Positions 42,705 through 52,136 of a stretch of DNA of 57,795 nt are shown here, in pieces (the first letter of the stretch is position 1; each line of letters starts with the position of its first letter). The notes under the pieces are model-generated. The model had not been told where the DNA came from and searched no databases. It saw nothing but the letters and a program-made list of their open reading frames with translations. This DNA is from Candidatus Woesearchaeota archaeon (GTDB lineage: Archaea > Nanobdellota > Nanobdellia > SCGC-AAA011-G17 > CAYHUM01). The translations under genes and the position numbers were made by a program. The stretch lies in NCBI GenBank assembly GCA_964359945.1, contig CAYHUM010000001.1, positions 1 to 57,795 of the forward strand. The letters are read 5' to 3'.

Positions 42705-43815
42705 TTTGTCTCTTATATTCTTGGTATAGATTTAGAATACTTTCTTCATTAGCCTTACATATTCCTCTTTCTGTAATCAATCCTGTAATTAATCTTGCAG
42801 GTGTTACATCAAAAGCATAGTTTTTTGCCTGGCTTTTTTCTGGAGTTAGCAAGACTTTTTTAATTTCACTATCACATAACCCTTGGATATATTTAACTTC
42901 TTCAGGATCTCTTTCTTCAATTGGTATTTCCTTTAGACCATCTTTAATTTTCCAATCAAAACTTGATGAAGGAAGTGCAACATAAAATGGAATATTATTG
43001 TCTTTTGCAGCTAAAGCTTTTAAGTAAGTTCCAATTTTATTAGCAACATCCCCTGTATATGTAGTTCTATCTGTTCCAACAATAATTAAGTCTACTAATC
43101 CATGTTGCATTAAATACCCACTAACATTATCAGGGATTACGGTATATGATACTCCGTGTTTTTCTAGTTCCCAAGCAGTTAGTCTTGCTCCTTGATTACT
43201 AGGTCTTGTTTCATTAACCCAAACATGAACATTAATTCCTTTTTCAAATGCTGCATATATTGGAGAAGTGGCTGAGCCATAATCAACAAATGCCAACCAA
43301 CCAGCATTACAATGTGTAAGTACATTTACAGTATTATCATTCTTTTGTTTGTTTATGTTTTCAATAATCTTTACTCCATGAACTCCAATCCTTCTACAAT
43401 AATCCGCATCTTCATCTGCGATTTCCTTTGCGGTTTCAAATGCGATAGAAATCTTATCATCTATTGAAGTTTTGTTTTTTATAGCACTTAATTGTCTTTC
43501 TACTGCCCATTCAAGATTAACAGCAGTTGGCCTAGTTGCTTTGAGTTTTTCACTAGATTTTATTAGATATTCATCAAAGAAATCATTTTTAGGAGCTTCC
43601 AATGAGGCAATATACATTCCATAACCTACTGTTGCTCCAATCAATCCTGCTCCTCTAACATGCATATCTTTAATGGCTCTAGCAACATCATCAGTAGATT
43701 TTAGATCTTCTATAATAAATTCATGAGGTAAATTTCTTTGATCAATAATCTGAATTATTTTTTCATCTCCTTGCTTTACCCATATAGTACGATAATGTTT
43801 TCCGTCTACATTCAT
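42697..43815 (-). CDS. mtnA: MtnA-type (methylthio/deoxy)ribose-1-phosphate isomerase, eIF-2B alpha/beta/delta family
   Basis: An N-terminal extension with IIDQRNLPHE, followed by IKDMHVRGAGLIGATVGYG...THCNAG...ETRPSNQGARLTAWEL...VGTDR. Confidence 0.8.
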   Translation of the reverse strand: MNVDGKHYRTIWVKQGDEKIIQIIDQRNLPHEFIIEDLKSTDDVARAIKDMHVRGAGLIGATVGYGMYIASLEAPKNDFFDEYLIKSSEKLKATRPTAVNLEWAVERQLSAIKNKTSIDDKISIAFETAKEIADEDADYCRRIGVHGVKIIENINKQKNDNTVNVLTHCNAGWLAFVDYGSATSPIYAAFEKGINVHVWVNETRPSNQGARLTAWELEKHGVSYTVIPDNVSGYLMQHGLVDLIIVGTDRTTYTGDVANKIGTYLKALAAKDNNIPFYVALPSSSFDWKIKDGLKEIPIEERDPEEVKYIQGLCDSEIKKVLLTPEKSQAKNYAFDVTPARLITGLITERGICKANEESILNLYQEYKRQNG

Positions 43816-44858
43816 TTTAATTTTTCAAACTTTATTAGTTCATCTTTTTTAATATCACTAACAACTTTCTTCCCTAAAATTTTATTTATATCTATTGGAC
43901 TTATTCCATAACCAGGTCTCTTTATTATTAACATTTCTTTTTTAATTAAACTTCCTTTTTTAATATTAACAGCTGCTACTAAACTTTTCCTAGCTATTTT
44001 CATTATTTCTTTTTCTGACTTTGTAATGTCTTTTTTGTGTGACCCTAATATCTTTTCAACATGTCTTATTGCTTTAACCATTTCTTTAAGTTCAGATGGA
44101 TTTAATGATGCCTTATGATCTGGTCCAGGTAAATTCTTATCAAGAGTAAAATGTTTTTCTATAACAACAGCACCATGAGCTACAGCAATTTGTGGTACGA
44201 TTATTCCTTCTGTATGATCAGAATAACCGACTAAAACATTACATTCATTTTTTATAGTATTCATAGCTCTTAAGTTTACATCTTCAATTTTAGAAGGATA
44301 ATCAGTAGTACAATGTAAAACTATTAAATTTTTATTATATTTTTTAATTAAATTTACAGCTTTTTTTACATCATCTAAATTTGACATACCTGTAGATAAA
44401 ATTATAGGTAAACCTTTTTTTGCTATATGCTCTAAAAATGGTAAATTTGTTGTATCTGTAGAACTTATTTTAAAAAATTTCATTCCAATATTATGTAAGA
44501 AATCTGCACTTTCTTCATCAAAAGGAGTACATAAAAACATTATTCCTTTTTTATTAGCATATTTAATTAATTCTTTATAATCTTCATCTTTTAATTCTAG
44601 TTTTTTTAACATTGAATATTGTGTTTCATTTTTCCCAATGTTTTTATGTTGATAAGAAGCCATTTTTGCATCTTTTGTAGCTAATTTTTCTGCTTTAAAT
44701 TTCTGAAATTTTACAACATCTGCTTTAGCATCAACTGCAATATCAATAAGTTTTTTTGCTAATTCTAAATTACCATTATGATTAACTCCGGCTTCAGCTA
44801 CTATAAGTGTTGGATACCCATCTCCAATAATCCTATTTCCTACTAAAACTTTTTTCAT
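43812..44858 (-). CDS. neuB: nonulosonic acid synthase (NeuB/LegI/PseI family) with C-terminal SAF domain
   Basis: IIGDGYPTLIVAEAGVNHNGNLELAKKLID...VKFQK...YSDHTEG...IEKHFTLD...GPDHKASL. Confidence 0.9.
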   Translation of the reverse strand: MKKVLVGNRIIGDGYPTLIVAEAGVNHNGNLELAKKLIDIAVDAKADVVKFQKFKAEKLATKDAKMASYQHKNIGKNETQYSMLKKLELKDEDYKELIKYANKKGIMFLCTPFDEESADFLHNIGMKFFKISSTDTTNLPFLEHIAKKGLPIILSTGMSNLDDVKKAVNLIKKYNKNLIVLHCTTDYPSKIEDVNLRAMNTIKNECNVLVGYSDHTEGIIVPQIAVAHGAVVIEKHFTLDKNLPGPDHKASLNPSELKEMVKAIRHVEKILGSHKKDITKSEKEIMKIARKSLVAAVNIKKGSLIKKEMLIIKRPGYGISPIDINKILGKKVVSDIKKDELIKFEKLK

Positions 44859-45555
44859 TTCTTTCTTTCATAATAAATTCTATGATTTTAAAATCTAGAG
44901 GCGTGTCTACATCCAAAGAAGATTCTTCGTTCATTACATAAATCCCTAAACTATCTTGAAAAACTAATTTACATTCCTTATAAAGCCTTTCTCTCTTAGT
45001 TATATAAATTGCTCCATTTGCTTGATAAACTTTTGGTAATTGTTGTCTTTCTAATAAATAAGGATCTTCACCACTCTCAAGCTTTATTATAGGAACAGCT
45101 TTATGATTATTTAACTTTAACATCCACCATGGAGGAAAACTTTCTTTTACACTGATTAAAGAATCTAGGCCACTATTTAAAAATTTATTAACAGATTCTC
45201 TTATATGTACTTCATTTCTTAATGGTGATGTAGGTTGTAATGTAACAACCGTATTTATTTTATAATTCCTCTCAGATTCTAGATATTTTACAGCATGATC
45301 TATTACAGGAGGGGTATGTGTAGTATCTTGTGCTAAATAACTTGGTCTTATAAAAGGAATTTCTGCACCATATTTTTTAGCTACATCAATTATCTCTTGA
45401 CTGTCTGTTGTAACTATTACTTTATCTAAAACTTTACTATTTAAAGCTGATTCTATTGTATAAACGATTAACGGTTTACCATTCAGCATTTTAAGATTTT
45501 TACCAGGAAGTCCCTTAGAACCTGCTCTTGCTGGAATAATTGCTACAGTTTTCAT
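44833..45555 (-). CDS. neuA: CMP-nonulosonate cytidylyltransferase (NeuA/LegF family)
   Basis: MKTVAIIPARAGSKGLPGKNLKMLNGKPLI is the family signature. Confidence 0.85.
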   Translation of the reverse strand: MKTVAIIPARAGSKGLPGKNLKMLNGKPLIVYTIESALNSKVLDKVIVTTDSQEIIDVAKKYGAEIPFIRPSYLAQDTTHTPPVIDHAVKYLESERNYKINTVVTLQPTSPLRNEVHIRESVNKFLNSGLDSLISVKESFPPWWMLKLNNHKAVPIIKLESGEDPYLLERQQLPKVYQANGAIYITKRERLYKECKLVFQDSLGIYVMNEESSLDVDTPLDFKIIEFIMKERNEKSFSRK

Positions 45556-46778
45556 TTTTCCATATTCCTTAAATCATCAAGATTTTCAAATACTTTTTCA
45601 AAACCATTTACAATGTCTTTCATATCTTCTTCATTATTAGGATGCATAATTTTTCTTATCCATATAGCAGTTTCAAAACATAATTTTTCAGCTACTGGAT
45701 TTAAACCTTTTTTATATATGCCTTTTCCATCTTCTAAAAAAATTGGATTTAGATATAAAGGATGAGGATAACCTTTATCTACTTCAATACCTTCTGCATT
45801 AAGTGCTTTTAATAAAATATCTCTAGACACTTCACTTATATTTTTATCATAAAGTAAAGCATATGCGTGATAAACATTAACAGAATTATTTCCGGGGGTT
45901 ATAATTTTAGACAATCCGTTTAAATTACTTACACTATCTAATATTTTTGCATTGTTTATTCTTAATTGATTCATACTATCCATTTTTTTAAGTTGCTCAA
46001 TACCAATTGCAGCTTCAATTTCAGTCATTCTGTAATTCCAACCTAGAATACTTGATAAATAACTTCTTCCTTTATCAACTAAAACTTCTCCATGACTTCT
46101 AACAAGCCTTAATATGTTATTATATTCTTTATTATTAGTAATAATCATCCCACCTTCTCCAGTAACTATATTTTTTGTCTCAACGAAGCTAAAACAACTA
46201 ATATCACCAAATGTTCCTACTAGTTTATTTTCATATTTTGCTCCAGGAGACTGAGCACAATCTTCAAGAACTTTTAGATTATTTTTTTTAGCAAAATCTA
46301 AGATTGAATTCATATCGCATGGATTACCAAGAAGATGAACAGCCATTATAGCTTTTGTTTTTTCGCTAATTAGGGATTCTAAATTTTTAGTATCTATATT
46401 TAAAGTATTTTCATCAACGTCACAAAAAATGGGTGTGGCATTGCACATTAGAATAGAAGAGGCACTTGAAGTAAACGTATAACTAGGAACAAGGACTTCA
46501 TCATTATCTTTTATACCCAATGCAACCAAACCAGCATGAAGCGCAGCAGTTCCTGAATTTACTCCTATAGCATAATTTGTATTGTGATAATTTGCAAAAT
46601 CTTTTTCAAATTCTTGTAATTTTGGTCCACCAGTTTTATAATCTTTATAAAATCCTGAGAGTAGTCTGCTTTCTAGTACAGAATTTACTGCAGCTTTCTC
46701 TTTTTCATCGTAGTTTGGATAGTATTCAAAAGGTTTTTTTCTTACAGGTTCTCCACCCAGTATAGCTAGTTTACTCAT
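45552..46778 (-). CDS. second DegT-family sugar aminotransferase (WbpE-like)
   Basis: AILGGEPV...NSGTAALH...FSFVETKNIVTGEGGM. It is coupled by a 4-nt overlap to the upstream oxidoreductase gene. Confidence 0.85.
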   Translation of the reverse strand: MSKLAILGGEPVRKKPFEYYPNYDEKEKAAVNSVLESRLLSGFYKDYKTGGPKLQEFEKDFANYHNTNYAIGVNSGTAALHAGLVALGIKDNDEVLVPSYTFTSSASSILMCNATPIFCDVDENTLNIDTKNLESLISEKTKAIMAVHLLGNPCDMNSILDFAKKNNLKVLEDCAQSPGAKYENKLVGTFGDISCFSFVETKNIVTGEGGMIITNNKEYNNILRLVRSHGEVLVDKGRSYLSSILGWNYRMTEIEAAIGIEQLKKMDSMNQLRINNAKILDSVSNLNGLSKIITPGNNSVNVYHAYALLYDKNISEVSRDILLKALNAEGIEVDKGYPHPLYLNPIFLEDGKGIYKKGLNPVAEKLCFETAIWIRKIMHPNNEEDMKDIVNGFEKVFENLDDLRNMEK

Positions 46779-47845
46779 TTTGGAAGTTTCCCATCCTTTG
46801 TAAATGATGTTTCTCTAGCAAGAACTTTACGTGATCTTTCATTTAAAGGTAAATAAACTCTTTTACCTCCTAAATAATCAGATTCATAAAAAGCCATTGC
46901 CATTTCTAAAGTAGCCATTCCATCATATCCACTTTCTAAATTATATTCGTTATTATCTAGACGCTCAATAATAGTTTCGAGTGCTTTTAAATAAGGTGAT
47001 GAAATATTTGGTTCATTTACTTTTTCTTCAACTAGTTCATAAATTCCACTTTCTCCTTGACTTTTTCTTGTTTTAAATAATTCAATTTGTCTACCACTTC
47101 TTATCATTCCACCAACTTTAATTATACCTTCAGATCCAATTAAATCTAATTTAAAATAACAATAATCTCTCCATCTACAATCAAAAGTAGCATGAACATT
47201 ATTTTTAAATCCTATAGTTCCATATGCTCCAGGATCTGTTGTTTCATCTAGTATTATATTTCCACTAATCCATTTTGCATCACCAGCATAAAATCTAAGT
47301 AAATCAAATAAATGGCTTCCACCATTAAGTAAACCAACTGTTGCGTAACTATCTATTTTTTGAAGATTACCTATTTCTTTATTATCTAACATTTTTTTTA
47401 CATGAATAAAAGAATTATCATATCTTCTTGTATGGTCTAATAACAATAAAACATTGTTTTTTTCACATGATTCTATCATTTCTTGACATTCTTCGAGGCT
47501 CATTGCCATTGGTTTTTCACAAAATATAGCTTTTACTCCATTATTAGCTGCATATACACAAATATCTTTATGTGAATCATTATGAGTGCAAATACTAAGA
47601 ATATCTAACTTTTCTTTGTCTATCATCTCTCTATAATCTTTATATAATCTTTCTACACCACGATCTTTCTTAAAATCTTGTAATCTGGATTCTAGAATGT
47701 CACAACCAGAAACTAAATTAGTTCTTTTACACTCTTGATAACAACCAGCATGAGAAGCTGGTTTATTTTTTATTAAAAGGTCTCGGTCAAATAGGTTTCC
47801 AATACGACCTAGGCCTACTATTCCTGCATTATAGATTTTTTCCAT
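46775..47845 (-). CDS. Gfo/Idh/MocA-family NAD(P)-dependent sugar oxidoreductase (WbpB-like)
   Basis: N-terminal Rossmann AGIVGLGRIG, followed by CEKPMA, a motif typical of Gfo/Idh/MocA. Confidence 0.8.
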   Translation of the reverse strand: MEKIYNAGIVGLGRIGNLFDRDLLIKNKPASHAGCYQECKRTNLVSGCDILESRLQDFKKDRGVERLYKDYREMIDKEKLDILSICTHNDSHKDICVYAANNGVKAIFCEKPMAMSLEECQEMIESCEKNNVLLLLDHTRRYDNSFIHVKKMLDNKEIGNLQKIDSYATVGLLNGGSHLFDLLRFYAGDAKWISGNIILDETTDPGAYGTIGFKNNVHATFDCRWRDYCYFKLDLIGSEGIIKVGGMIRSGRQIELFKTRKSQGESGIYELVEEKVNEPNISSPYLKALETIIERLDNNEYNLESGYDGMATLEMAMAFYESDYLGGKRVYLPLNERSRKVLARETSFTKDGKLPK

Positions 47846-47900
47846 AAGAATAATAGATTAAAAAAATTTATAAAAGTTGTTAAAAAGAAACTTTATTTAT

Positions 47901-49112
47901 CTATACATTTAAAGGACTTATTACAACACCCTCTTTCTTCTTTGTTTCTAACCAATTTGTATATTCAGGACTATTTGTATATTTGGTCCAATCGTCTGGA
48001 TGATGATTCTTTATTATTGTGTCTCTATAACCACAAGAGTTACAAGGTCCCATATTATGAGATTCACCTTTTAAATGTAATTGTCTGAAATAATTTAGTT
48101 TTTGGCTTTGCCATATATCTTGTAAACTATCTTTATATGCATTACCAACAACTTGTTTACTATAAACATCACCACAACATAAAGTTATTCTACCATCGAA
48201 ATTAACAAACAATCTTTGCCATAATTGATCACAAGCAAATTTTGGAGCTACCACAGCTGGTCTTCCATTTTCATGATAATCATTACAGTCTTCTACAGCA
48301 ACATGATCAGCATATTGACTCCAGAACTTTATATAATCATCACTATCTATTTGTTCTTTATTTAGATCTTGATAAACAGCCTGTACTCTTATATATGGCT
48401 TATCTCTTCCTTGTTTGTCTCTTAAATATTTTAAAGTAGCAATATTTCTAACTACAACATCAAATAATCCTTTAATGCGTCCTTTATGCCCTTTTCTTAC
48501 TTCTTCATATACATCCGGAGTAGAACCATCCATCGAAAAGATTATTTTATCTAAACCAGCTTCAATAAATCTTAAAGCTCTTTTTTCATCAAGTAAATTT
48601 CCATTTGTATTAAACATAGTTTCAATAACACCTTTTTGTTTTGCATAGGCAACCATATCTTCAAGTTCTTTATGCATTAATGGTTCTCCTCTATATTGTA
48701 ATTTAATAGATCTTAGTCTATCATCCACAGTTGTTCCATTTACTTGGTAGATTAAGCTGTCAGATCTTCCTTCATCAATGATTTTTTTAAATAAACTCAT
48801 AGGCATATCTCCATAATGTGTTGCTTTGCCTTCTCTTTCTTCTTGAGGTTTACGATCGTATATGTAGCCAAATTTATTTCTCCAGCCTGTTTCAGGAGTA
48901 TGATCGGATTGAAAACACATAACACACTCTAAATTACATCTTGCAGTAGATTCTAAATCAACATGGATTGGAAACTTACCTAATTTATGTAGTTTAGGAT
49001 AGTTTTCCCATCTCGATCTATATTCCTTATATAGATCTGACTCGTCATCTTTCTTTTTTACTTTCAAATGGAAAGTAGGGTTTACTATTGTTTCAACTTC
49101 AGTGTTTGTCAT
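47901..49112 (-). CDS. radical SAM enzyme with C-terminal SPASM-like cysteine cluster
   Basis: ESTARCNLECVMCF is the CxxxCxxC motif. C-terminal cysteines are CDQLWQRLFVNFDGRITLCCGD...GPCNSCGY. Confidence 0.8.
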   Translation of the reverse strand: MTNTEVETIVNPTFHLKVKKKDDESDLYKEYRSRWENYPKLHKLGKFPIHVDLESTARCNLECVMCFQSDHTPETGWRNKFGYIYDRKPQEEREGKATHYGDMPMSLFKKIIDEGRSDSLIYQVNGTTVDDRLRSIKLQYRGEPLMHKELEDMVAYAKQKGVIETMFNTNGNLLDEKRALRFIEAGLDKIIFSMDGSTPDVYEEVRKGHKGRIKGLFDVVVRNIATLKYLRDKQGRDKPYIRVQAVYQDLNKEQIDSDDYIKFWSQYADHVAVEDCNDYHENGRPAVVAPKFACDQLWQRLFVNFDGRITLCCGDVYSKQVVGNAYKDSLQDIWQSQKLNYFRQLHLKGESHNMGPCNSCGYRDTIIKNHHPDDWTKYTNSPEYTNWLETKKKEGVVISPLNV

Positions 49113-49169
49113 TTTTAGAAATTAATAATCTTTAGTTAGTAACTTACTTATATTTATAAAGATTTCGTT

Positions 49170-50990
49170 TTATTTTTTAACTACTTCTTCTATTAATTTT
49201 ACTAAACGTTGTGTAGATTTACCATCTAATTTATAGAAAGTATCTTCTAATATTTTTTTCATATTTTTCTTTAATTTTTTAATTATCTCTTTATTGTATA
49301 AAACTTCATTAATGGTTTTAGGTAAATCTTCACTTTTAAAAACACCATAACAAGCACCACTTTTAGTGTAAGGAAAATCTTCTTTTTTATTAGTTAAATT
49401 TAGTGCAATAACTGGCTTATTAAAAGCAATTGCTTCTAGAGCAGTAGTTGAATTAAAAGATAAAACTATATCACAAATATAAAACAAATCATAAAGATCT
49501 TCATTTTTAATTAATATATTTAAATTAAATTTCTTGGCCATTTCATAATATTCTTTATCTTCTATTTGATCTCCTGGATGTTTTTTAATAACTAGTTGTT
49601 TGTCTAATTTTTTAGCTGCTTTAACAGCTGCAAGAAACATTGGTATATTAATTTCTTTATGTACAGCTGTTGTTAATAATATAATTTTTTTATTAGGATT
49701 CAAATTAAATTTTTTATATAAAAAATTTTTATCTCTTTTATATTTTGGTATATAATCTAATTTAGGTAACCCTGTTATGTAAATTGAATTTTTGTTTGCT
49801 CCTCTTTTAGTAAAAAAATCAATATCTCTTTTCCCATAAACAGCTATTTTATCTACTAAAAAGTTTTTATATGATGTTGGTTCTCTATTACTTAGAATGC
49901 CATGTTGTAAATAAATTATAGGTATTTTTTGGGATATTGCATATTTAAATAATGGTTTTACTAAAGCAGAAGATTCATCCATGCTAACTATAACTCCAGG
50001 ATTTTCAGTATTTATAATTTCTTTTGATATTAAATGAAAACTAATTACTTCTCCTATCCAAAATCTACTATCAAAGAAATAATCAAATATATCATCTACC
50101 AAATTCCATAAATTTATTCCTTGATATAAAAATGAACTCCTAAAATTTTTATCCCTAATAAGGTAATTCCATCTTCTTTTATACACCTCTTTAAATTCTC
50201 TAATTTTTTCTCTTACGCCTTTGTTAGTGTAACTCTCAAAGTCATTATAATCAATTTTTTCCTTATCTAACAAATTTCTTAATTGATCTTTAACTCTTAT
50301 TTCTTGTCTTATTACAATAACATTATTTGAATATTTTTTCCTTAATAATTTTATTGCAGGCTCTATAGTGAAAAAAGAACTAGGGATTGTTAAAAATATT
50401 ATGATCTTTTTATCTTTGGTAATTTTTTGAATTTTGTGCTTTCTTAAATAAGCCTTTATATTTCTAATATATCTTATAAGATATTGTTTATATTTTTTAT
50501 TTTTCTTAAAATTTAATACTTCATAATTGACTTTTGTCGATCTAGAAACTGCAATAGCAGCTCTACAAGGTACATCGAAATTATTTGAAATAATCAATTT
50601 TGATGGTTTCTCTTTTAACAATATTAATTTCATTAATTTTGTGTATTGTAATCTTTCATCATAATGCTCAATCAATTTACTAACGAAATTAGATTCTATA
50701 CAATCCCACAAATCAAGATCCTTATAACATAAAAAATCTTTAAGTGTTTTACCATTTTCTAATTTTATACTACCCCATTTTCTAAATGTTAAAACTCCTT
50801 CAAAAAATGCGTCTTTATTTATATCACCTATATAATTATACTCATTTTTCCACCTAATTTTTTTGTTTAATAGTTTATGTGTATTTCTAAAAGCTAAAAC
50901 TAAGTAATTATCATAAATTCTAATTTTGTTCAATACACTATCTAAATCTTCTTTATTTGATGTGATAAATAAAACTTTATTTTTTATCAT
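49170..50990 (-). CDS. GT-B-like transferase of uncertain specificity (TagF/capsule-synthesis-like C-terminal half), 606 aa
   Basis: The C-terminal half has IIYLQHGIL...AVYGKRD...ITGLPKLD...IILLTT...LVIKKHPGD...SFNSTTALEAIAFNKPVIAL. This resembles CDP-glycerol glycerophosphotransferase and capsule transferase folds. I do not recognise the N-terminal half. Confidence 0.4.
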   Translation of the reverse strand: MIKNKVLFITSNKEDLDSVLNKIRIYDNYLVLAFRNTHKLLNKKIRWKNEYNYIGDINKDAFFEGVLTFRKWGSIKLENGKTLKDFLCYKDLDLWDCIESNFVSKLIEHYDERLQYTKLMKLILLKEKPSKLIISNNFDVPCRAAIAVSRSTKVNYEVLNFKKNKKYKQYLIRYIRNIKAYLRKHKIQKITKDKKIIIFLTIPSSFFTIEPAIKLLRKKYSNNVIVIRQEIRVKDQLRNLLDKEKIDYNDFESYTNKGVREKIREFKEVYKRRWNYLIRDKNFRSSFLYQGINLWNLVDDIFDYFFDSRFWIGEVISFHLISKEIINTENPGVIVSMDESSALVKPLFKYAISQKIPIIYLQHGILSNREPTSYKNFLVDKIAVYGKRDIDFFTKRGANKNSIYITGLPKLDYIPKYKRDKNFLYKKFNLNPNKKIILLTTAVHKEINIPMFLAAVKAAKKLDKQLVIKKHPGDQIEDKEYYEMAKKFNLNILIKNEDLYDLFYICDIVLSFNSTTALEAIAFNKPVIALNLTNKKEDFPYTKSGACYGVFKSEDLPKTINEVLYNKEIIKKLKKNMKKILEDTFYKLDGKSTQRLVKLIEEVVKK

Positions 50991-52116
50991 TTTGTAATTT
51001 TATATAAATCTTTTCAATTTTTTTGTTAATTATATTCCAATCGTACTTCAATGCAGTCTCTTTACATTTTTTACTCATGATTTTTCTTAATTTTTCATTA
51101 CTATACAAAATTTCTATTTTTTTTATTATATCTTTATAACTTTCTTCTACTATAAATCCATTTACCTCATTTATAACTAAATCTTTTGCCGCACCAGTAT
51201 TTGTAGTTAAAACAGGTAAACCTGCAGCCATAGATTCTAACATTGGAATACCAAAACTTTCATTACGTGAAGTCATTAAATAGATGTCTGATGAAAGATA
51301 GTATGGTATTATTTCCTTTAGAGTAAGTTCTCCTTCAAACCTAACCTTATCTTTTATTTTTAACTTTTTAATTAAATTTTTTAATTCATTATAATAATCT
51401 TTATCAATAACCTTTCCAACATGAATAAAAAGAACATTTTTTATTTTAATTTTGTTTATTACATTGAGTATTATTTCTAACCTTCTTTTTCTTACTATGC
51501 TACTAACATTAAGAATTATAAACTTATTTCTAAAATTTAAATTATTTCTGATATTCTTTTTGTTTATGTATTTTTTAAATAAGTTATTGTCAACACCAGA
51601 GGGAATTATATATATTTTTTCTGGATTTATCTTTATTCTTTTTGATAATTCCTTCTTTTGATCTTCAGTGAATACAGTTATAGCGTCACATAGTTCAGCT
51701 GGCTTTCTTATAAACAGATAATAATAGAATTTGTAAAATAGGTTTGGTTTAGGGATGTTATCAACGTCTATATCTGCAAACAAAACTAATTTATACTTTT
51801 TAATTAATTTTAAATAGCCAGTAACAAATGTAGAAAAGAAACCCATAACGTGAGTATGTACTATATCAGGATTCTTTCTAAACAATATTTTAAAAATAAC
51901 ACCTGGAAATATTGCTTTTTTAAAAAATTTAAAACCTTTAAATCTGGTAACACTAACTTTTGATTCTTCATTTTTAGAATCAAAAATACTTAATTTTACA
52001 TTTGATGTATATACTTCTAAGTTATGACCAAGCTTTTGCATTCCTTCAATTATATATCTCGTAGAATGGCCTGTTGAGCTACCATAACCGTCTAAAACGT
52101 GGAGTATTTTCATCAA
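50977..52116 (-). CDS. glycosyltransferase family 4
   Basis: NESFGIPMLESMAAGLPVLTTNTGAAKDLVINEVNGF. Confidence 0.8.
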   Translation of the reverse strand: MMKILHVLDGYGSSTGHSTRYIIEGMQKLGHNLEVYTSNVKLSIFDSKNEESKVSVTRFKGFKFFKKAIFPGVIFKILFRKNPDIVHTHVMGFFSTFVTGYLKLIKKYKLVLFADIDVDNIPKPNLFYKFYYYLFIRKPAELCDAITVFTEDQKKELSKRIKINPEKIYIIPSGVDNNLFKKYINKKNIRNNLNFRNKFIILNVSSIVRKRRLEIILNVINKIKIKNVLFIHVGKVIDKDYYNELKNLIKKLKIKDKVRFEGELTLKEIIPYYLSSDIYLMTSRNESFGIPMLESMAAGLPVLTTNTGAAKDLVINEVNGFIVEESYKDIIKKIEILYSNEKLRKIMSKKCKETALKYDWNIINKKIEKIYIKLQNDKK

Positions 52117-52136
52117 ATTCTAACATAAAATAAATT

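Noticed and set aside
42697-43815. Calling the 372-aa eIF-2B-family protein a translation initiation factor subunit or a ribose-1,5-bisphosphate isomerase
   Set aside because: It has the long N-terminal extension with the DQ-x-LP motif characteristic of MtnA-type isomerases. It is also translationally coupled to a class II aldolase-family gene. Phylogeny is still required to exclude the R15P-isomerase clade.
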